A stretch of DNA of 64,000 nucleotides from an uncultured Pseudomonadales bacterium (GCA_964570365.1 CAZMXT010000002.1:57752-121751); one strand, 5' to 3'. Numbered from the stretch's first letter, positions 8,929-19,364 are shown. Numbers and translations: made by a program. The notes: a model not told the origin generated them from the sequence alone.

Positions 8929-9666
8929 CTACTTTTTGACTACTTTTTTAAGAACTTTTTTGACTACAGGCTTTTGAGTAGGAGCAGGAGTAGTCTCAGT
9001 TTTAACACCCTTTTCTGCAGCTCTCTGGCCGTCCGCCACGCTTGGCTTGGCGGCAGGTTTATTGGCTGCAGCTGCTTTTTCACTTAATTCGCGCAACTTC
9101 TTTTGCTCTTCACGCTCAATCTCAGAAATTGACTTTAAGCGAATCCCTTTCAGGGCCACGATTTTTTGAATTCGACGTAAGGCTTCAAAAGTTGCATAGA
9201 CACTCACTGACTGATTACTTGAGCCTAGGATTTTACTTGAGATGTCACGGATCCCAGCGGCTTCGACCACAGCGCGAACTGGTCCACCAGCAATGACTCC
9301 AGAACCCTTTGGGGCTGGCTTTAACATGACTCGGCCAGCACCAAGCTTGGCCACGATCGAGAAAGGGATGGTGGTTCCATCTAAAGGAACGGTAATCATT
9401 TTCTTCTTGGCTTTTTTGACACCTTTGCGAATTGCAGATTGAACATCTTTAGATTTACCAAGTCCGACACCAACGCGACCTTTGCGGTCACCCACTACCA
9501 TTAAAATTGAGAAACCCATCTTGTTGCCACCCTTGGTTTTTTTAGACACACGGGAAACTGAGATGACTTTTTCTTCAAACTCTTTATCGTCACGAGTTGC
9601 GGCAACGTTTTGAGCGACTACTTTGAGTTTTTTATCGTTAGAAATGGTATTGGTTGGATCTATCAT
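8929..9666 (-). CDS. rpsE: 30S ribosomal protein S5 with K/A/P-rich C-terminal tail
   Basis: 245 aa; S5 dsRBD and C-terminal domain; tail contains a copy of the VADGQR repeat element. Confidence 0.9.
   Translation of the reverse strand: MIDPTNTISNDKKLKVVAQNVAATRDDKEFEEKVISVSRVSKKTKGGNKMGFSILMVVGDRKGRVGVGLGKSKDVQSAIRKGVKKAKKKMITVPLDGTTIPFSIVAKLGAGRVMLKPAPKGSGVIAGGPVRAVVEAAGIRDISSKILGSSNQSVSVYATFEALRRIQKIVALKGIRLKSISEIEREEQKKLRELSEKAAAANKPAAKPSVADGQRAAEKGVKTETTPAPTQKPVVKKVLKKVVKK
9017..9054 (-). repeat. copy 2 of the repeat element in the rpsE tail
   Basis: GCAGCTCTCTGGCCGTCCGCCACGCTTGGCTTGGCGGC; encodes AAKPSVADGQRAA. Confidence 0.7.
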
Positions 9667-9672
9667 AAAGAT

Positions 9673-10026
9673 TTATACCTCTAATCCTTGTTCTCGCATG
9701 ACTTCTGCGACGGCGCGAACGCGACCATGGTATTTATAACTGCCGCGATCGAAGACGAGTTTCTTGACTTTGGCTGTTTTTAATTTTTCGGCTAACTGCT
9801 TTGCTGCTGCTTGGGCGCGCTCCACCTTGGTGCCTGTTTTTGCAGAAAGCTGCTTGGTGCTTGAGTAGGCAACTGTTTTTCCCTGTGAGTCATCAATGAC
9901 TTGCAAATAAATTTCTTTATTTGAGCGGAACACAGACAGACGAGGTCTCTCAGTTTTGCCGCGCACTTTAGAACTGACGCGTAACTTACGTTTTTGAATA
10001 GCTGTTTTTTGATGCGAAATCTTCAT
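9673..10026 (-). CDS. rplR: 50S ribosomal protein L18
   Basis: 117 aa, C-terminal YHGRV motif. Confidence 0.9.
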   Translation of the reverse strand: MKISHQKTAIQKRKLRVSSKVRGKTERPRLSVFRSNKEIYLQVIDDSQGKTVAYSSTKQLSAKTGTKVERAQAAAKQLAEKLKTAKVKKLVFDRGSYKYHGRVRAVAEVMREQGLEV

Positions 10027-10029
10027 ATC

Positions 10030-10569
10030 TTACTTTGTAGTTGTTTTCCCGGCTTTGCGTTTTACAACTTCATCAACATATCTGACACCCTTGCCTTTGT
10101 ATGGCTCTGGTGGACGAATCTTACGGATATTCGCTGCGACTTGTCCGACTGCTTGTTTATCAATGCCTTCAATATGAATCGTGTCATTGCCTTCAGTGGT
10201 TAACTTGATTCCTGGTGAAGCAACTACTTCAACTGGGTGAGAAAAACCCAAGGACAGAGAAACGCCCTGACCTTTCATCGCCACACGATATCCAGTGCCA
10301 ACTAACTTTAAAGTCTTTTTGTAGCCTGCGGATACGCCACTAATGGCATTCTGCAGCAAACTGCGAATTAGACCGTGAAAGGCTCGTGTTTGTCGTTCAT
10401 CATCTTTTCGAGTCACAAACATCTCATTCTCTTTTTGAGTGACGACAATGGAAGGGAAAAGATGAATCTTTGATTCCCCTTTTGGCCCTTTGACCACCAC
10501 TTCAGTCGCCGTAACTTGGACGGTGACGCCGGCTGGAACTGTAATTGCTTTTTTACCTATACGTGACAT
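10030..10569 (-). CDS. rplF: 50S ribosomal protein L6
   Basis: ORF to 10626 but the L6 N-terminus MSRIGKKAITVPAGV starts at the internal Met (10569), avoiding overlap with rpsH. Confidence 0.85.
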   Translation of the reverse strand: MSRIGKKAITVPAGVTVQVTATEVVVKGPKGESKIHLFPSIVVTQKENEMFVTRKDDERQTRAFHGLIRSLLQNAISGVSAGYKKTLKLVGTGYRVAMKGQGVSLSLGFSHPVEVVASPGIKLTTEGNDTIHIEGIDKQAVGQVAANIRKIRPPEPYKGKGVRYVDEVVKRKAGKTTTK

Positions 10570-10576
10570 ATCTGCT

Positions 10577-10966
10577 TTACCAAATTTGACAAAGAACTTC
10601 ACCGCCAACATTTTGTTTGCGGGCATCTTTATCAGTCATGATTCCTTTACTCGTAGAAACGATCGTAATTCCATATCCACCTAACGCGCGTGGAATCTTG
10701 TTTGACGGCATATACACACGTCGTCCCGGGGTAGATACCCGGCGAACATCTGTGATAGCAGGCGTCTTGTTAATGTACTTCAATCGGAAGATAATATCTG
10801 GTTGAGGCATTTTTGGCTCAATGTGATATTCCTCAACATATTGATTGTTGAGCAAGATCTTACTGATTTCCTCTTTCATTCGTGAATGAGGTACAGATAC
10901 TTTGTCGTGCTTAGCGAGCAAAGCATTCTTTATTCGGATGATCATGTCTGCGATCGGATCGTTCAT
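10577..10966 (-). CDS. rpsH: 30S ribosomal protein S8
   Basis: 129 aa, S8-like. Confidence 0.9.
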   Translation of the reverse strand: MNDPIADMIIRIKNALLAKHDKVSVPHSRMKEEISKILLNNQYVEEYHIEPKMPQPDIIFRLKYINKTPAITDVRRVSTPGRRVYMPSNKIPRALGGYGITIVSTSKGIMTDKDARKQNVGGEVLCQIW

Positions 10967-10967
10967 A

Positions 10968-11198
10968 TTACTTACTTGCTTTCGTTACTCCCGCTAACTC
11001 ACCACGCATGGCGAGCTCTCGGAAACACAAACGGCATACTCCAAAGAACCTAATGTAGGCCCTTGGGCGTCCGCATATTTTACATCTGTTCATCACTCTT
11101 GTCGAAACGCTATTTATTTTCTTCTCACCTGACGCAACTAACGCATCTCTGCGAGCACGAAGGCGATTGTTTTTAGCGATTTTTGATGTTTTTGCCAT
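10968..11198 (-). CDS. rpsN: 30S ribosomal protein S14, zinc-binding type Z
   Basis: 76 aa with CKICGR...CRLCFRE cysteine pairs. Confidence 0.85.
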   Translation of the reverse strand: MAKTSKIAKNNRLRARRDALVASGEKKINSVSTRVMNRCKICGRPRAYIRFFGVCRLCFRELAMRGELAGVTKASK

Positions 11199-11211
11199 AA
11201 TATACTTTTAG

Positions 11212-11751
11212 TTACTTTGTGAACGGCATTCCTAATAATTCAAGCATTCTAAATGCCTGGTCTTTATTTTTAGTGTCGGTCACCATAGTTACCTGTAGTC
11301 CCCGAACTGACTGAATCTTGTCATAGTTAATCTCAGGGAAGACGATCTGCTCTTCAATTCCTAAGTTATAGTTACCATTCTGATCAAAAGCAGTCCGTGA
11401 AACACCCTGAAAGTCTTTGACACGAGGCAGAGCTAAGTTTATTAACTTGTCTAAGAACTCCCACATGTACTCACCGCGCAGCGTCACCATGACTCCGAGT
11501 GGATCACCAATGCGAGTCTTAAAGCTGGCAATCGCCTGGCGAGAACGAGTAATGTTTGGCTTCATGCCGGTAATTACTTTGAACTGCTCAACAACACTGT
11601 TAATAGCTGCTTCGCGATTCTGCTCATCTGCAACACCCATATTGACCACAACTTTCTTGATCTTTGGGATAGCAAATGCATTCGTGACCTTAAACTCTTT
11701 TTGAAGAGCTGGAACGACTTCTTGCTGGTACTTTTGTTTCAAACGGTTCAT
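11212..11751 (-). CDS. rplE: 50S ribosomal protein L5
   Basis: ORF to 11826; L5 N-terminus MNRLKQKYQQEVVPAL at the internal Met (11751), just downstream of the rplX stop. Confidence 0.85.
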   Translation of the reverse strand: MNRLKQKYQQEVVPALQKEFKVTNAFAIPKIKKVVVNMGVADEQNREAAINSVVEQFKVITGMKPNITRSRQAIASFKTRIGDPLGVMVTLRGEYMWEFLDKLINLALPRVKDFQGVSRTAFDQNGNYNLGIEEQIVFPEINYDKIQSVRGLQVTMVTDTKNKDQAFRMLELLGMPFTK

Positions 11752-11755
11752 ATAA

Positions 11756-12082
11756 TTATTTCTTTGTTGGTGTTGGAGTTGGAATTTCTTTTCCAGTCTT
11801 CTTAAACACCCGAACTTTACTTCCATCCTTACTTACTTTATAGCCGACTCTGTCTTGCTTACCTTCATTATTAATAATCGCCACATTCCCCACATTGAGG
11901 GGTCTTGGACGCTGTACGCGCTGCCCAGGTTGACCGTTAAATGGCTTAACATGCTTCACATAAAGATTTACGCCTTCTAGAACCACCGCATTACGAGCAC
12001 GAACTACTCGGACTACTTTACTTTTCTTGCCTTTATCTTTGCCACCAGTCACTAAGACTGTATCGCCAACTAATAATTTCAT
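11756..12082 (-). CDS. rplX: 50S ribosomal protein L24
   Basis: 108 aa, KOW motif [14 protein letters not shown]. Confidence 0.9.
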   Translation of the reverse strand: MKLLVGDTVLVTGGKDKGKKSKVVRVVRARNAVVLEGVNLYVKHVKPFNGQPGQRVQRPRPLNVGNVAIINNEGKQDRVGYKVSKDGSKVRVFKKTGKEIPTPTPTKK

Positions 12083-12453
12083 AATACCTCAGGTGCCAAA
12101 CTAGCTATTTTATTAAAACCACGTTCTTTTACTTCACGAGCAATTGGTCCAAACACGCGAGTTCCAATTGGGTTCTCGACAGTTCGTGACTCAATAATAA
12201 CTGCAGCGTTATCATCAAAGCGAATGTACTCACCAGATGGGCGACGCTTTTCTTTGTGCGTGCGAACAATCACTGCCTTCACCTTCTCACCTTTTTTAAT
12301 TGTACCCTTGGCATCTGCCGCAATCACCGAAGCAGTGACTACATCACCAACATATCCAAATCGACGGTGTGAACCACCATGAACTTGGATCACGCGCAGC
12401 CGCTTGGCTCCGCTGTTATCTGCTACTTGTAGTACTGTACGTAACTGAATCAT
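12079..12453 (-). CDS. rplN: 50S ribosomal protein L14
   Basis: 124 aa, [17 protein letters not shown]. Confidence 0.9.
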   Translation of the reverse strand: MIQLRTVLQVADNSGAKRLRVIQVHGGSHRRFGYVGDVVTASVIAADAKGTIKKGEKVKAVIVRTHKEKRRPSGEYIRFDDNAAVIIESRTVENPIGTRVFGPIAREVKERGFNKIASLAPEVL

Positions 12454-12466
12454 ATATTTCTTATTA

Positions 12467-12865
12467 TTACTTTGCTTTCTTCACTGCAGTTCTCCGGCCG
12501 TCCGCCACGCTTTGCTTGGCGGCTTTTGCTTTTGGAGTTGCTTTTTTCTCACTCTTGGTAGCCTCAACAGCAACTTTTACCTCAGCTTCATTTTTCACCA
12601 CTTTCACTGTAGGTAATACACTCTCTCCACCTTTTGGATCAATCTTGGCTGTCACAATAAAACTCTTAGTCTTACTGATTGGCCGACATGATTTGATAGA
12701 GACGGTATCGCCTTCTTTTAACTCTAAGTTCTCTACGTGGCAAGCATAGTTTTTAGTCCGCTTGACGTATTTTTTATAGAGTGGATGCTGCCACTTGCGA
12801 GTTACAGTTACTGTGACAGTATTTGTATTTTTCGCTGAAGTGACGATTCCTTGAATCAATTTCAT
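12467..12865 (-). CDS. rpsQ: 30S ribosomal protein S17 with K/A-rich C-terminal tail
   Basis: 132 aa; S17 OB fold N-terminally; tail contains the VADGRR repeat element. Confidence 0.9.
   Translation of the reverse strand: MKLIQGIVTSAKNTNTVTVTVTRKWQHPLYKKYVKRTKNYACHVENLELKEGDTVSIKSCRPISKTKSFIVTAKIDPKGGESVLPTVKVVKNEAEVKVAVEATKSEKKATPKAKAAKQSVADGRRTAVKKAK
12486..12523 (-). repeat. copy 3 of the repeat element in the rpsQ tail
   Basis: GCAGTTCTCCGGCCGTCCGCCACGCTTTGCTTGGCGGC; encodes [13 protein letters not shown]. Confidence 0.7.
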
Positions 12866-13071
12866 AAACTTGCTTCCATTTCCTTTTCAGTCAAAATTGT
12901 TTTGACTCGAGCGATGTCGTCACTGAGCGTTGCGGCAAAGCGACGATTTGCTAATTTTCCAACTTTCTTTTCTAACTTTGCTTTTGCAAATGCCTGTGAA
13001 AGCTCAGTTAATTTCTTGCGTAAGTCTTCAACAGTCATTGTGTGCAGTGCGTTAATATCGTTTCGTTTCAT
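12862..13071 (-). CDS. rpmC: 50S ribosomal protein L29
   Basis: 69 aa helical protein, L29-like; 4-nt overlap with rpsQ. Confidence 0.85.
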   Translation of the reverse strand: MKRNDINALHTMTVEDLRKKLTELSQAFAKAKLEKKVGKLANRRFAATLSDDIARVKTILTEKEMEASL

Positions 13072-13078
13072 ATTCGTA

Positions 13079-13483
13079 TTACTTTCCGATTACCGTGGTT
13101 TTAACGGAAAGCTTATGTGAGGCTTTACTGAATGCGCCTTTTGCCACTTCTTCAGTAACTCCACCAATTTCAAAGAGCACCATACCTGGCTTTACCACTG
13201 CCACGTACTCAGAAATATCACCTTTTCCAGATCCCATCTTTACTCCCACTGCTTTCTTTGTCACGGACTTGGCAGGGAAGACTCTCATCCAGTATTTACC
13301 TGCACGCTTAGTTGCATAGGTAATTTTTTTACGTGCAGCTTCAATTTGACTTGCAGACACCCATCCAGAACTCATCGCTTTCAGACCAAAGTCACCAAAC
13401 ACAACCGTGGTACCACGGGTAGATGTCCCACCAAGGGTACCTCTAAATGATTTGCGATATTTTGATTTCTTTGGTTGTAACAT
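13079..13483 (-). CDS. rplP: 50S ribosomal protein L16
   Basis: 134 aa, MLQPKKSKYRK start. Confidence 0.9.
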   Translation of the reverse strand: MLQPKKSKYRKSFRGTLGGTSTRGTTVVFGDFGLKAMSSGWVSASQIEAARKKITYATKRAGKYWMRVFPAKSVTKKAVGVKMGSGKGDISEYVAVVKPGMVLFEIGGVTEEVAKGAFSKASHKLSVKTTVIGK

Positions 13484-13489
13484 ACTTCC

Positions 13490-14143
13490 TTAAAGAACAG
13501 ACTCTCCCTTGTTAATCCAAACCTTGATTCCCACGTAGCCAGAACGAGTCTTGGCTGGAACCTCGTAGTAATCAATCTCAGCCCGTAAGGTCTGAGTTGG
13601 TACTGTACCTTCAAAGTATTTTTCTCTGCGACTAATTTCAGCACCAGCGATGCGGCCTGCGAGCTGGATTTTGACACCCTTGGCTCCGGCGATCATCACC
13701 TTCTCCATTGCTTGCGACACGGCTCGGCGATGTGGATATCGTTTAATTAACTGATCCACGATTCGCTCAGCCACCAACTTCGCACTCAGATCTGGCTTCT
13801 TCACTTCTTGAACTTGTAAATCTACTTTAACACGATTCTTTTTCTGCTTGGCCACGTTTAGAATTCTCTCGACATCTTTTTTGATTACCTCTAAGTTCGC
13901 TCCACCTTTACCAATCACTACGCCAGGTCGAGAAACAAAGATAATTACACTGATCATTGTCAAAGAGCGCTCAATATTAATCTGGACGATACCAGCATTG
14001 GCTAACTTTTTCCCTAAGAACTCACGCAGCTTCCGATCTTCCAACATCGTATCTGAGTAAGTACGTGGCTCGGCGAACCATCTTGATTTCCAGGTAAATA
14101 AATTACCTAAACGAAAGCTAGTCGGATTTACTTTTTGTCCCAT
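13490..14143 (-). CDS. rpsC: 30S ribosomal protein S3
   Basis: 217 aa, KH domain plus S3 C-terminal domain. Confidence 0.9.
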   Translation of the reverse strand: MGQKVNPTSFRLGNLFTWKSRWFAEPRTYSDTMLEDRKLREFLGKKLANAGIVQINIERSLTMISVIIFVSRPGVVIGKGGANLEVIKKDVERILNVAKQKKNRVKVDLQVQEVKKPDLSAKLVAERIVDQLIKRYPHRRAVSQAMEKVMIAGAKGVKIQLAGRIAGAEISRREKYFEGTVPTQTLRAEIDYYEVPAKTRSGYVGIKVWINKGESVL

Positions 14144-14149
14144 TACGAC

Positions 14150-14617
14150 TTACTCCTTACTTTTTACCTTTTCAATTTTACTTTTCTTTACTGCTACTGC
14201 TGTTTTCACAGGGGCAGCCGCTACCTTTTCCTCAATCTTGGCAGCTTCTAGAGCAACTTTTGGTTTCTTGACTGTAGCTGCTTCATCTTTGGTCTTCAAG
14301 ACCACACTGACATGACAGGTTCTTTTAATAATATTGTGAGCACGACCTCTGCTGACGGCGTTAAAACGCTTGTAGCGGGGACCTTCGTTCACAATAATAC
14401 TATCTAAAACCAAGTCGCTCACTTGATAACCATGATTGTTCACGGCATCTGCCACTGCTTGCTTCATCACTTTTGACACAACCTCAGTTGCTTTGCGCTC
14501 AATCACTGACAACTGTCGAAAGGCTTCTTCTAAGGTTAGCTTTCTGACTGCATTCGCGACCAATCTCACCTTGCGGGGAGTTTGACGAGTGTACTTTTGG
14601 GTCGCTCGAATTGTCAT
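14150..14617 (-). CDS. rplV: 50S ribosomal protein L22 with K/A-rich C-terminal tail
   Basis: 155 aa. Confidence 0.9.
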   Translation of the reverse strand: MTIRATQKYTRQTPRKVRLVANAVRKLTLEEAFRQLSVIERKATEVVSKVMKQAVADAVNNHGYQVSDLVLDSIIVNEGPRYKRFNAVSRGRAHNIIKRTCHVSVVLKTKDEAATVKKPKVALEAAKIEEKVAAAPVKTAVAVKKSKIEKVKSKE

Positions 14618-14622
14618 ATAGC

Positions 14623-14907
14623 TTATGTCTTTGCCAATACACGCTTGACCACTTTACCGTGACCACGGAAGACACGGGTTGGTGCAAACTCACCTAATTT
14701 ATGTCCGACCATTGATTCATTTATAAATACTTCCACAAAGTTCTTGCCTTGATGAACTAAAAAAGTATGACCAACAAAATCGGGAGACACCGTACAGTTA
14801 CGGCGCCAGGTTTTGATGGCAGTTTTGTCGCCCGACGCTTTTTGAGCCATGACTTTACTCAGCAGCTTAGCGTCTACGAATGGTCCTTTTTTACTTGATC
14901 TAGACAT
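14623..14907 (-). CDS. rpsS: 30S ribosomal protein S19
   Basis: 94 aa, S19-like. Confidence 0.9.
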   Translation of the reverse strand: MSRSSKKGPFVDAKLLSKVMAQKASGDKTAIKTWRRNCTVSPDFVGHTFLVHQGKNFVEVFINESMVGHKLGEFAPTRVFRGHGKVVKRVLAKT

Positions 14908-14918
14908 AGTGTTCCAGT

Positions 14919-15752
14919 TTATTTAACGCGACGGTCTTTCAAAATATATTTATTGGTCGTCTTCTTTTTGTTACGAGTCTTGGTACCATGTGCATGCTTA
15001 CCCCATGGAGTCTTTGGATACTTCATACCTACACCACTACGACCTTCACCACCACCGTGTGGGTGTGAATCTGGGTGTTGAGCTGTACCACGAACTGTAG
15101 GACGAATACCCATGAGGCGCTTGCGACCAGCTTTTCCGAGCTTGCGATTCTTCCAATCCAGGTTTCCAACTTGGCCGATTGTAGCGAAACAGTCGCCATT
15201 TATCAATCGCACTTCTCGAGAAGGCAGAGAAATCGTCACAAATGAGCCTTCTTTGGCTTGCACCATTGCAGCTGTGCCGGCTCCACGAACGAACTGAGCA
15301 CCCTTGCCAACTCGAGTTTCAATGTTATGAATTGGCACACCAACTGGGATGTTTTTCAGAGGTAAAGCGTTTCCAGCTTTGACTTCTACATCATCGCCAG
15401 CAATCACTTCTTGACCAATTTCTAAGTTCTCTGGAGCTAAGATGTAGCGTTTTTCACCATCTTTGTAAAAGAGCAAAGCAATATTGGCAGATCGGTTTGG
15501 ATCATACTCAATTCGTTGGACCACTGCCGCAAAACCACGCTTATCACGTTTCCAATCAATGATGCGAAGTCGTTTTTTAACGCCCCCACCACGATGTCTG
15601 ACTGTGATATGACCAGAAGCACCCCGGCCCTGTCTTTTAAGATGGCCACTTTGGAGTAAGGTTTTTTCAGGACCTTCAGACGACAAATGCGCATGTCCTA
15701 CACGAATATAGTGGCGATTTGAGTTGTTGGTTGCTTTTTGCTTAATTAACAT
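14919..15752 (-). CDS. rplB: 50S ribosomal protein L2
   Basis: 277 aa, L2 signature region. Confidence 0.9.
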   Translation of the reverse strand: MLIKQKATNNSNRHYIRVGHAHLSSEGPEKTLLQSGHLKRQGRGASGHITVRHRGGGVKKRLRIIDWKRDKRGFAAVVQRIEYDPNRSANIALLFYKDGEKRYILAPENLEIGQEVIAGDDVEVKAGNALPLKNIPVGVPIHNIETRVGKGAQFVRGAGTAAMVQAKEGSFVTISLPSREVRLINGDCFATIGQVGNLDWKNRKLGKAGRKRLMGIRPTVRGTAQHPDSHPHGGGEGRSGVGMKYPKTPWGKHAHGTKTRNKKKTTNKYILKDRRVK

Positions 15753-15760
15753 ACAGTACT

Positions 15761-16066
15761 TTATTTGGCAGCTTCTCCAGAAACATCAAAAAGTGAGATC
15801 GTCTGTCCTTTTTGTAAAGTCAAGATCGCTTTTTTGGTACGAGGCACCAAAGTGGTCACACGTCGGCGGCCAGTTCTGCGTAAAGACCGGCCACGCATTA
15901 CTGTACTCACACCAGTGACTTTGACGTTAAACATTTCCTCCACCGCTTGCGCGATCTGATTCTTGTTCGCAGTGGGTTGGACTTCAAAGGTATAGGCATT
16001 GGTTCTATTCACTAAGAACAATGTCTTTTCGGTAATGATTGGTCGTTTAATGATATGAGGATTCAT
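15761..16066 (-). CDS. rplW: 50S ribosomal protein L23
   Basis: 101 aa. Confidence 0.9.
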   Translation of the reverse strand: MNPHIIKRPIITEKTLFLVNRTNAYTFEVQPTANKNQIAQAVEEMFNVKVTGVSTVMRGRSLRRTGRRRVTTLVPRTKKAILTLQKGQTISLFDVSGEAAK

Positions 16067-16069
16067 AGG

Positions 16070-16774
16070 TTACTTCTCACTGACCTTACTTGCTTTTTTA
16101 ACTGTCTTTGTAGCTGGTTTTGCTGCTGGCTCAACTTGAGTTTCAGCCTTTTCTGCTTGCCCCAAACGCTCTTCTAACATCTTTACGGCTTCTTTAGTTA
16201 AGATTAGGACATCTGCATACGCCACTTCATAGGTATTGAGTCGTCCAGCTTGAGTCACATAGACATTTTCTAAGTTGCGCAAACTACGTAACACCAGGTT
16301 AGTTGGCTTATCTAAGACGACTAAAATGTGCTTGGCATCTGGAACCATTTTGTTCAGCATTTTTTGGGCTGAAGCGGTCTTGCCGTCTAGCTGAGCAATA
16401 TCATTTGAAATGATAATGTTTTCGACTTGAGCACTTAGCGCAGAAACAATTGCACTACGTCGCAGTGCGCTAGACATCTTTAGGTTCCAGTTTTGCAAAC
16501 CAGTGGGTCCATGAGCTATTCCTCCACCCACAAAGATGTTTGGGGTACGAGCACCATGTCGAGCATTACCGGTTCCTTTTTGCTTGAACCACTTGTGTTT
16601 GGTTCTATTGATCTCAGAACGGGTTTTGACTTTACTGGTTCCTTGGCGTTGATTGGAAAGGTAGACACGTACAGCTTGAGAAATGATTGGTGCATTTAAT
16701 TTTACACCAAACACGTCATCCCGCACTTCTAAGCTAGTTTCTTTTCCAATAGTTGAAGCAACTCTTAACTTCAT
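16070..16774 (-). CDS. rplD: 50S ribosomal protein L4 with charged C-terminal tail
   Basis: 234 aa. Confidence 0.9.
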   Translation of the reverse strand: MKLRVASTIGKETSLEVRDDVFGVKLNAPIISQAVRVYLSNQRQGTSKVKTRSEINRTKHKWFKQKGTGNARHGARTPNIFVGGGIAHGPTGLQNWNLKMSSALRRSAIVSALSAQVENIIISNDIAQLDGKTASAQKMLNKMVPDAKHILVVLDKPTNLVLRSLRNLENVYVTQAGRLNTYEVAYADVLILTKEAVKMLEERLGQAEKAETQVEPAAKPATKTVKKASKVSEK

Positions 16775-17544
16775 ACGGTTGCTCCTTCTGCGACTGCTGG
16801 TGTTAGTTCGACTACTTCAGTTGGCTGAGCTTCTGCTTCTGGAGCAGCTTCAACTGGCTGAACTATTGTAGGGAAGTTACTCGCTTTTTCATCGATCTCA
16901 ATCATTTTCTGCTGACCAGTTTTAGAAATCCTAACGGTACTGTTGATGGAACCTGGGATAGGACCACTTAACCAAACCTGCTGAGTACTTGGATCAATGT
17001 GAAGAACTACTAACCCAATCACTGTCTGAGTGTCTACACCATAATGTCCTGGCATTTTCTTACCTTTGAAAACGCGACCTGGAGTAGTTCTTTGTCCAAT
17101 GGCACCAACGGCACGAGCACGGTCAGATTGTCCGTGGGTCTTTGGTCCACCTTTAAAGTTATGTCGTTTCATTGCACCGGCAAATCCACGACCTTTGGTA
17201 GTACCTTGAACTTTGACCACATCACCAACTTGGAGCACATCCTGAACTTTAATCACCTCTCCTGGCTTGAGCGCCTCATCTATACCAGCTTTAACTTGAC
17301 TTAAGTACTTCACACCAAAAGAAAAACCACTCTTTTCTAGTTTAGAACGGAGTGGTTTAGTCATGTTTTTGAGTTTTTTAGTACCGTAACCAATTTCAAA
17401 AGAAGTTGGTTTTTGTTCTGCATCAAGCATTTGAGAGACGACAGCATTATGGTCGGCACTTACACAAGTGACAGCCAAACGCTTCCCGGACTTGGTCCAG
17501 GCTTGCGTCATTTTCTGCTTGGTCGCAAACATTTGCGCAATCAT
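16771..17544 (-). CDS. rplC: 50S ribosomal protein L3 with acidic/Ala-rich C-terminal tail
   Basis: 257 aa; 4-nt overlap with rplD. Confidence 0.9.
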   Translation of the reverse strand: MIAQMFATKQKMTQAWTKSGKRLAVTCVSADHNAVVSQMLDAEQKPTSFEIGYGTKKLKNMTKPLRSKLEKSGFSFGVKYLSQVKAGIDEALKPGEVIKVQDVLQVGDVVKVQGTTKGRGFAGAMKRHNFKGGPKTHGQSDRARAVGAIGQRTTPGRVFKGKKMPGHYGVDTQTVIGLVVLHIDPSTQQVWLSGPIPGSINSTVRISKTGQQKMIEIDEKASNFPTIVQPVEAAPEAEAQPTEVVELTPAVAEGATV

Positions 17545-17620
17545 ACGTTTCCGTTATTCTCTTTATGCACCATCCCTCAATAAGAAAGATAGTCATCCAG
17601 TGCCTCTTTATCATTTATTA

Positions 17621-17959
17621 CTACATCTTGATCTGGATTCCCACACCTGCGGGCAGCTCCAAATGCATCAATGAGTCAATCGTCTTGCTCGTTGGATTCA
17701 CAATATCGATCAGACGTTTGTGGGTCTTGATCTGATAATGTTCTTGAGCGTTTTTGTCAGTGTGCGGTGAAGCGAGAACTGTAAACCACTTCTTACTCGT
17801 CGGTAAGGGAACTGGTCCAACAATACTTGCTCCGGTAGAAACAGCAGTTTCTAAGATTTTGCGTGCAGCTTCGTCAATCACTCGATGATCGTATGACTTC
17901 AAACGAACTCGAATTTTATACTGTGCTGGTTTTTTGTCAGTAGGAGCTGCCATGTGCAA
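17621..17959 (-). CDS. rpsJ: 30S ribosomal protein S10
   Basis: 112 aa, [15 protein letters not shown] core; first gene of the S10 operon. Confidence 0.9.
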   Translation of the reverse strand: MHMAAPTDKKPAQYKIRVRLKSYDHRVIDEAARKILETAVSTGASIVGPVPLPTSKKWFTVLASPHTDKNAQEHYQIKTHKRLIDIVNPTSKTIDSLMHLELPAGVGIQIKM

Positions 17960-18017
17960 TTTTCTGATTCTGTGTACAGTCTTTTCCTCGACTAAGTCAA
18001 TTCAAAGACAAAGCGTG

Positions 18018-18046
18018 ATTATACAGATTAGCAGTTCATATGTAAA
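18018..18046 (-). promoter_or_regulatory. candidate sigma70-type promoter of the S10 operon (TTTACA-17 nt-TATAAT on minus strand)
   Basis: Reverse complement of 18011..18050 reads actaTTTACAtatgaactgctaatctgTATAATcacg; sits between the tuf terminator and the rpsJ start, ~50 nt upstream of the ATG. Confidence 0.35.
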
Positions 18047-18121
18047 TAGTGGAGTTGGAATGTAAACATGTCAGACTTCCTAGAGAGAAATCACGAATAC
18101 GCTTCATCTCCCTATCCTACC

Positions 18122-18153
18122 AAAAACCCCGCCTTTCGGCGGGGTTTCTCTTT
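18122..18153 (-). terminator. rho-independent terminator downstream of tuf (hairpin is symmetric, could act in both directions)
   Basis: ccccgcc-tttc-ggcgggg is a 7-bp GC stem with a GNRA-type loop on the minus strand, followed by UUUUUGG; flanked by A5 and T-rich runs on the plus strand. Confidence 0.65.
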
Positions 18154-18170
18154 TCTTAATAAATCTTCAA

Positions 18171-19364
18171 TTACTTTAAGATCTTCGTAATTGCACCAGC
18201 TCCGACTGTGTGACCACCTTCGCGGATAGCGAAGCGTAATCCGTCGGCCATGGCGACTGGAGCGATTAAGGTTACGACCATCTTGGCGTTATCACCTGGC
18301 ATAACCATCTCCACACCTTCTGGAAGCTTGATCTCACCTGTGACGTCAGTAGTACGGATGTAGAACTGAGGTCTGTATCCAGTGAAGAATGGCTTATGTC
18401 GGCCACCTTCCTCTTTACTCAAGATGTATACCTCAGCCTCAAACTCGGTGTGAGGTTTGGCGGTGCCAGTTTTTGCGAGCACTTGGCCTCTCTCAACTTG
18501 CTCTTTTTCAATACCACGGAGCAAAATACCTACGTTGTCACCTGCTTGACCTTGATCAAGGAGCTTGCGGAACATTTCCACACCGGTTACAACTGATTTC
18601 TGAGGAGCCTTCATACCCACAATCTCGATTTCCTCACCAACTTTAACAGTTCCAGTCTCAATACGACCCGTCACGACAGTGCCACGGCCCTTGATTGAGA
18701 AAACGTCCTCAACCGGCATTAAGAATGGCTTTTCGAGTTCGCGAACTGGATCTGGGATAGTTGTGTCGACAGTCTTCATTAACTCCATGATCGCGTCCAT
18801 GTACTTTTCGTCGCCTTCCAAAGCCTTGAGACCAGATACACGGATGATTGGTGTCTTCTCGCCATCAAAGCCATACTTGGTTAAGAGCTCACGAATTTCC
18901 ATCTCGACCAGATCAAGTAGCTCTGCGTCATCAACCATGTCGACTTTATTCAAAGCAACGACTAATTGAGGAACGTTTACTTGCTTGGCCAACAGGATAT
19001 GCTCTCGAGTTTGAGGCATTGGTCCGTCAGTGGCTGCGACTACGAGAATAGCACCATCCATTTGAGCGGCGCCAGTAATCATGTTCTTGATGTAGTCAGC
19101 GTGGCCTGGAGCATCGATGTGCGCATAATGACGCTTCTCAGTCTCGTACTCGATATGAGAAATGTTAATAGTCACACCACGAGCTGCTTCTTCAGGAGCA
19201 TTGTCAATATCTAAGTAAGTCTTCGCCACGTTCAGTGGGGTTGGATAGCGCTTCGAAAGTGTGGTGGCAATCGCTGCGGTTAAAGTAGTCTTGCCGTGGT
19301 CAACGTGGCCAATGGTTCCAATGTTGACGTGAGGCTTATTGCGGACGTATTTGTTGTCTGCCAT
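18171..19364 (-). CDS. tuf: elongation factor Tu
   Basis: 397 aa, [22 protein letters not shown]-domain motifs. Confidence 0.95.
   Translation of the reverse strand: MADNKYVRNKPHVNIGTIGHVDHGKTTLTAAIATTLSKRYPTPLNVAKTYLDIDNAPEEAARGVTINISHIEYETEKRHYAHIDAPGHADYIKNMITGAAQMDGAILVVAATDGPMPQTREHILLAKQVNVPQLVVALNKVDMVDDAELLDLVEMEIRELLTKYGFDGEKTPIIRVSGLKALEGDEKYMDAIMELMKTVDTTIPDPVRELEKPFLMPVEDVFSIKGRGTVVTGRIETGTVKVGEEIEIVGMKAPQKSVVTGVEMFRKLLDQGQAGDNVGILLRGIEKEQVERGQVLAKTGTAKPHTEFEAEVYILSKEEGGRHKPFFTGYRPQFYIRTTDVTGEIKLPEGVEMVMPGDNAKMVVTLIAPVAMADGLRFAIREGGHTVGAGAITKILK

Noticed and set aside
17960-18170. Checked the rpsJ-tuf gap, and the other intergenic gaps above 100 nt, for tRNA genes
   Set aside because: No cloverleaf-compatible sequence (no GTTCRANYC T-loop box with matching acceptor arms) was found; the gap is explained by a promoter plus terminator.
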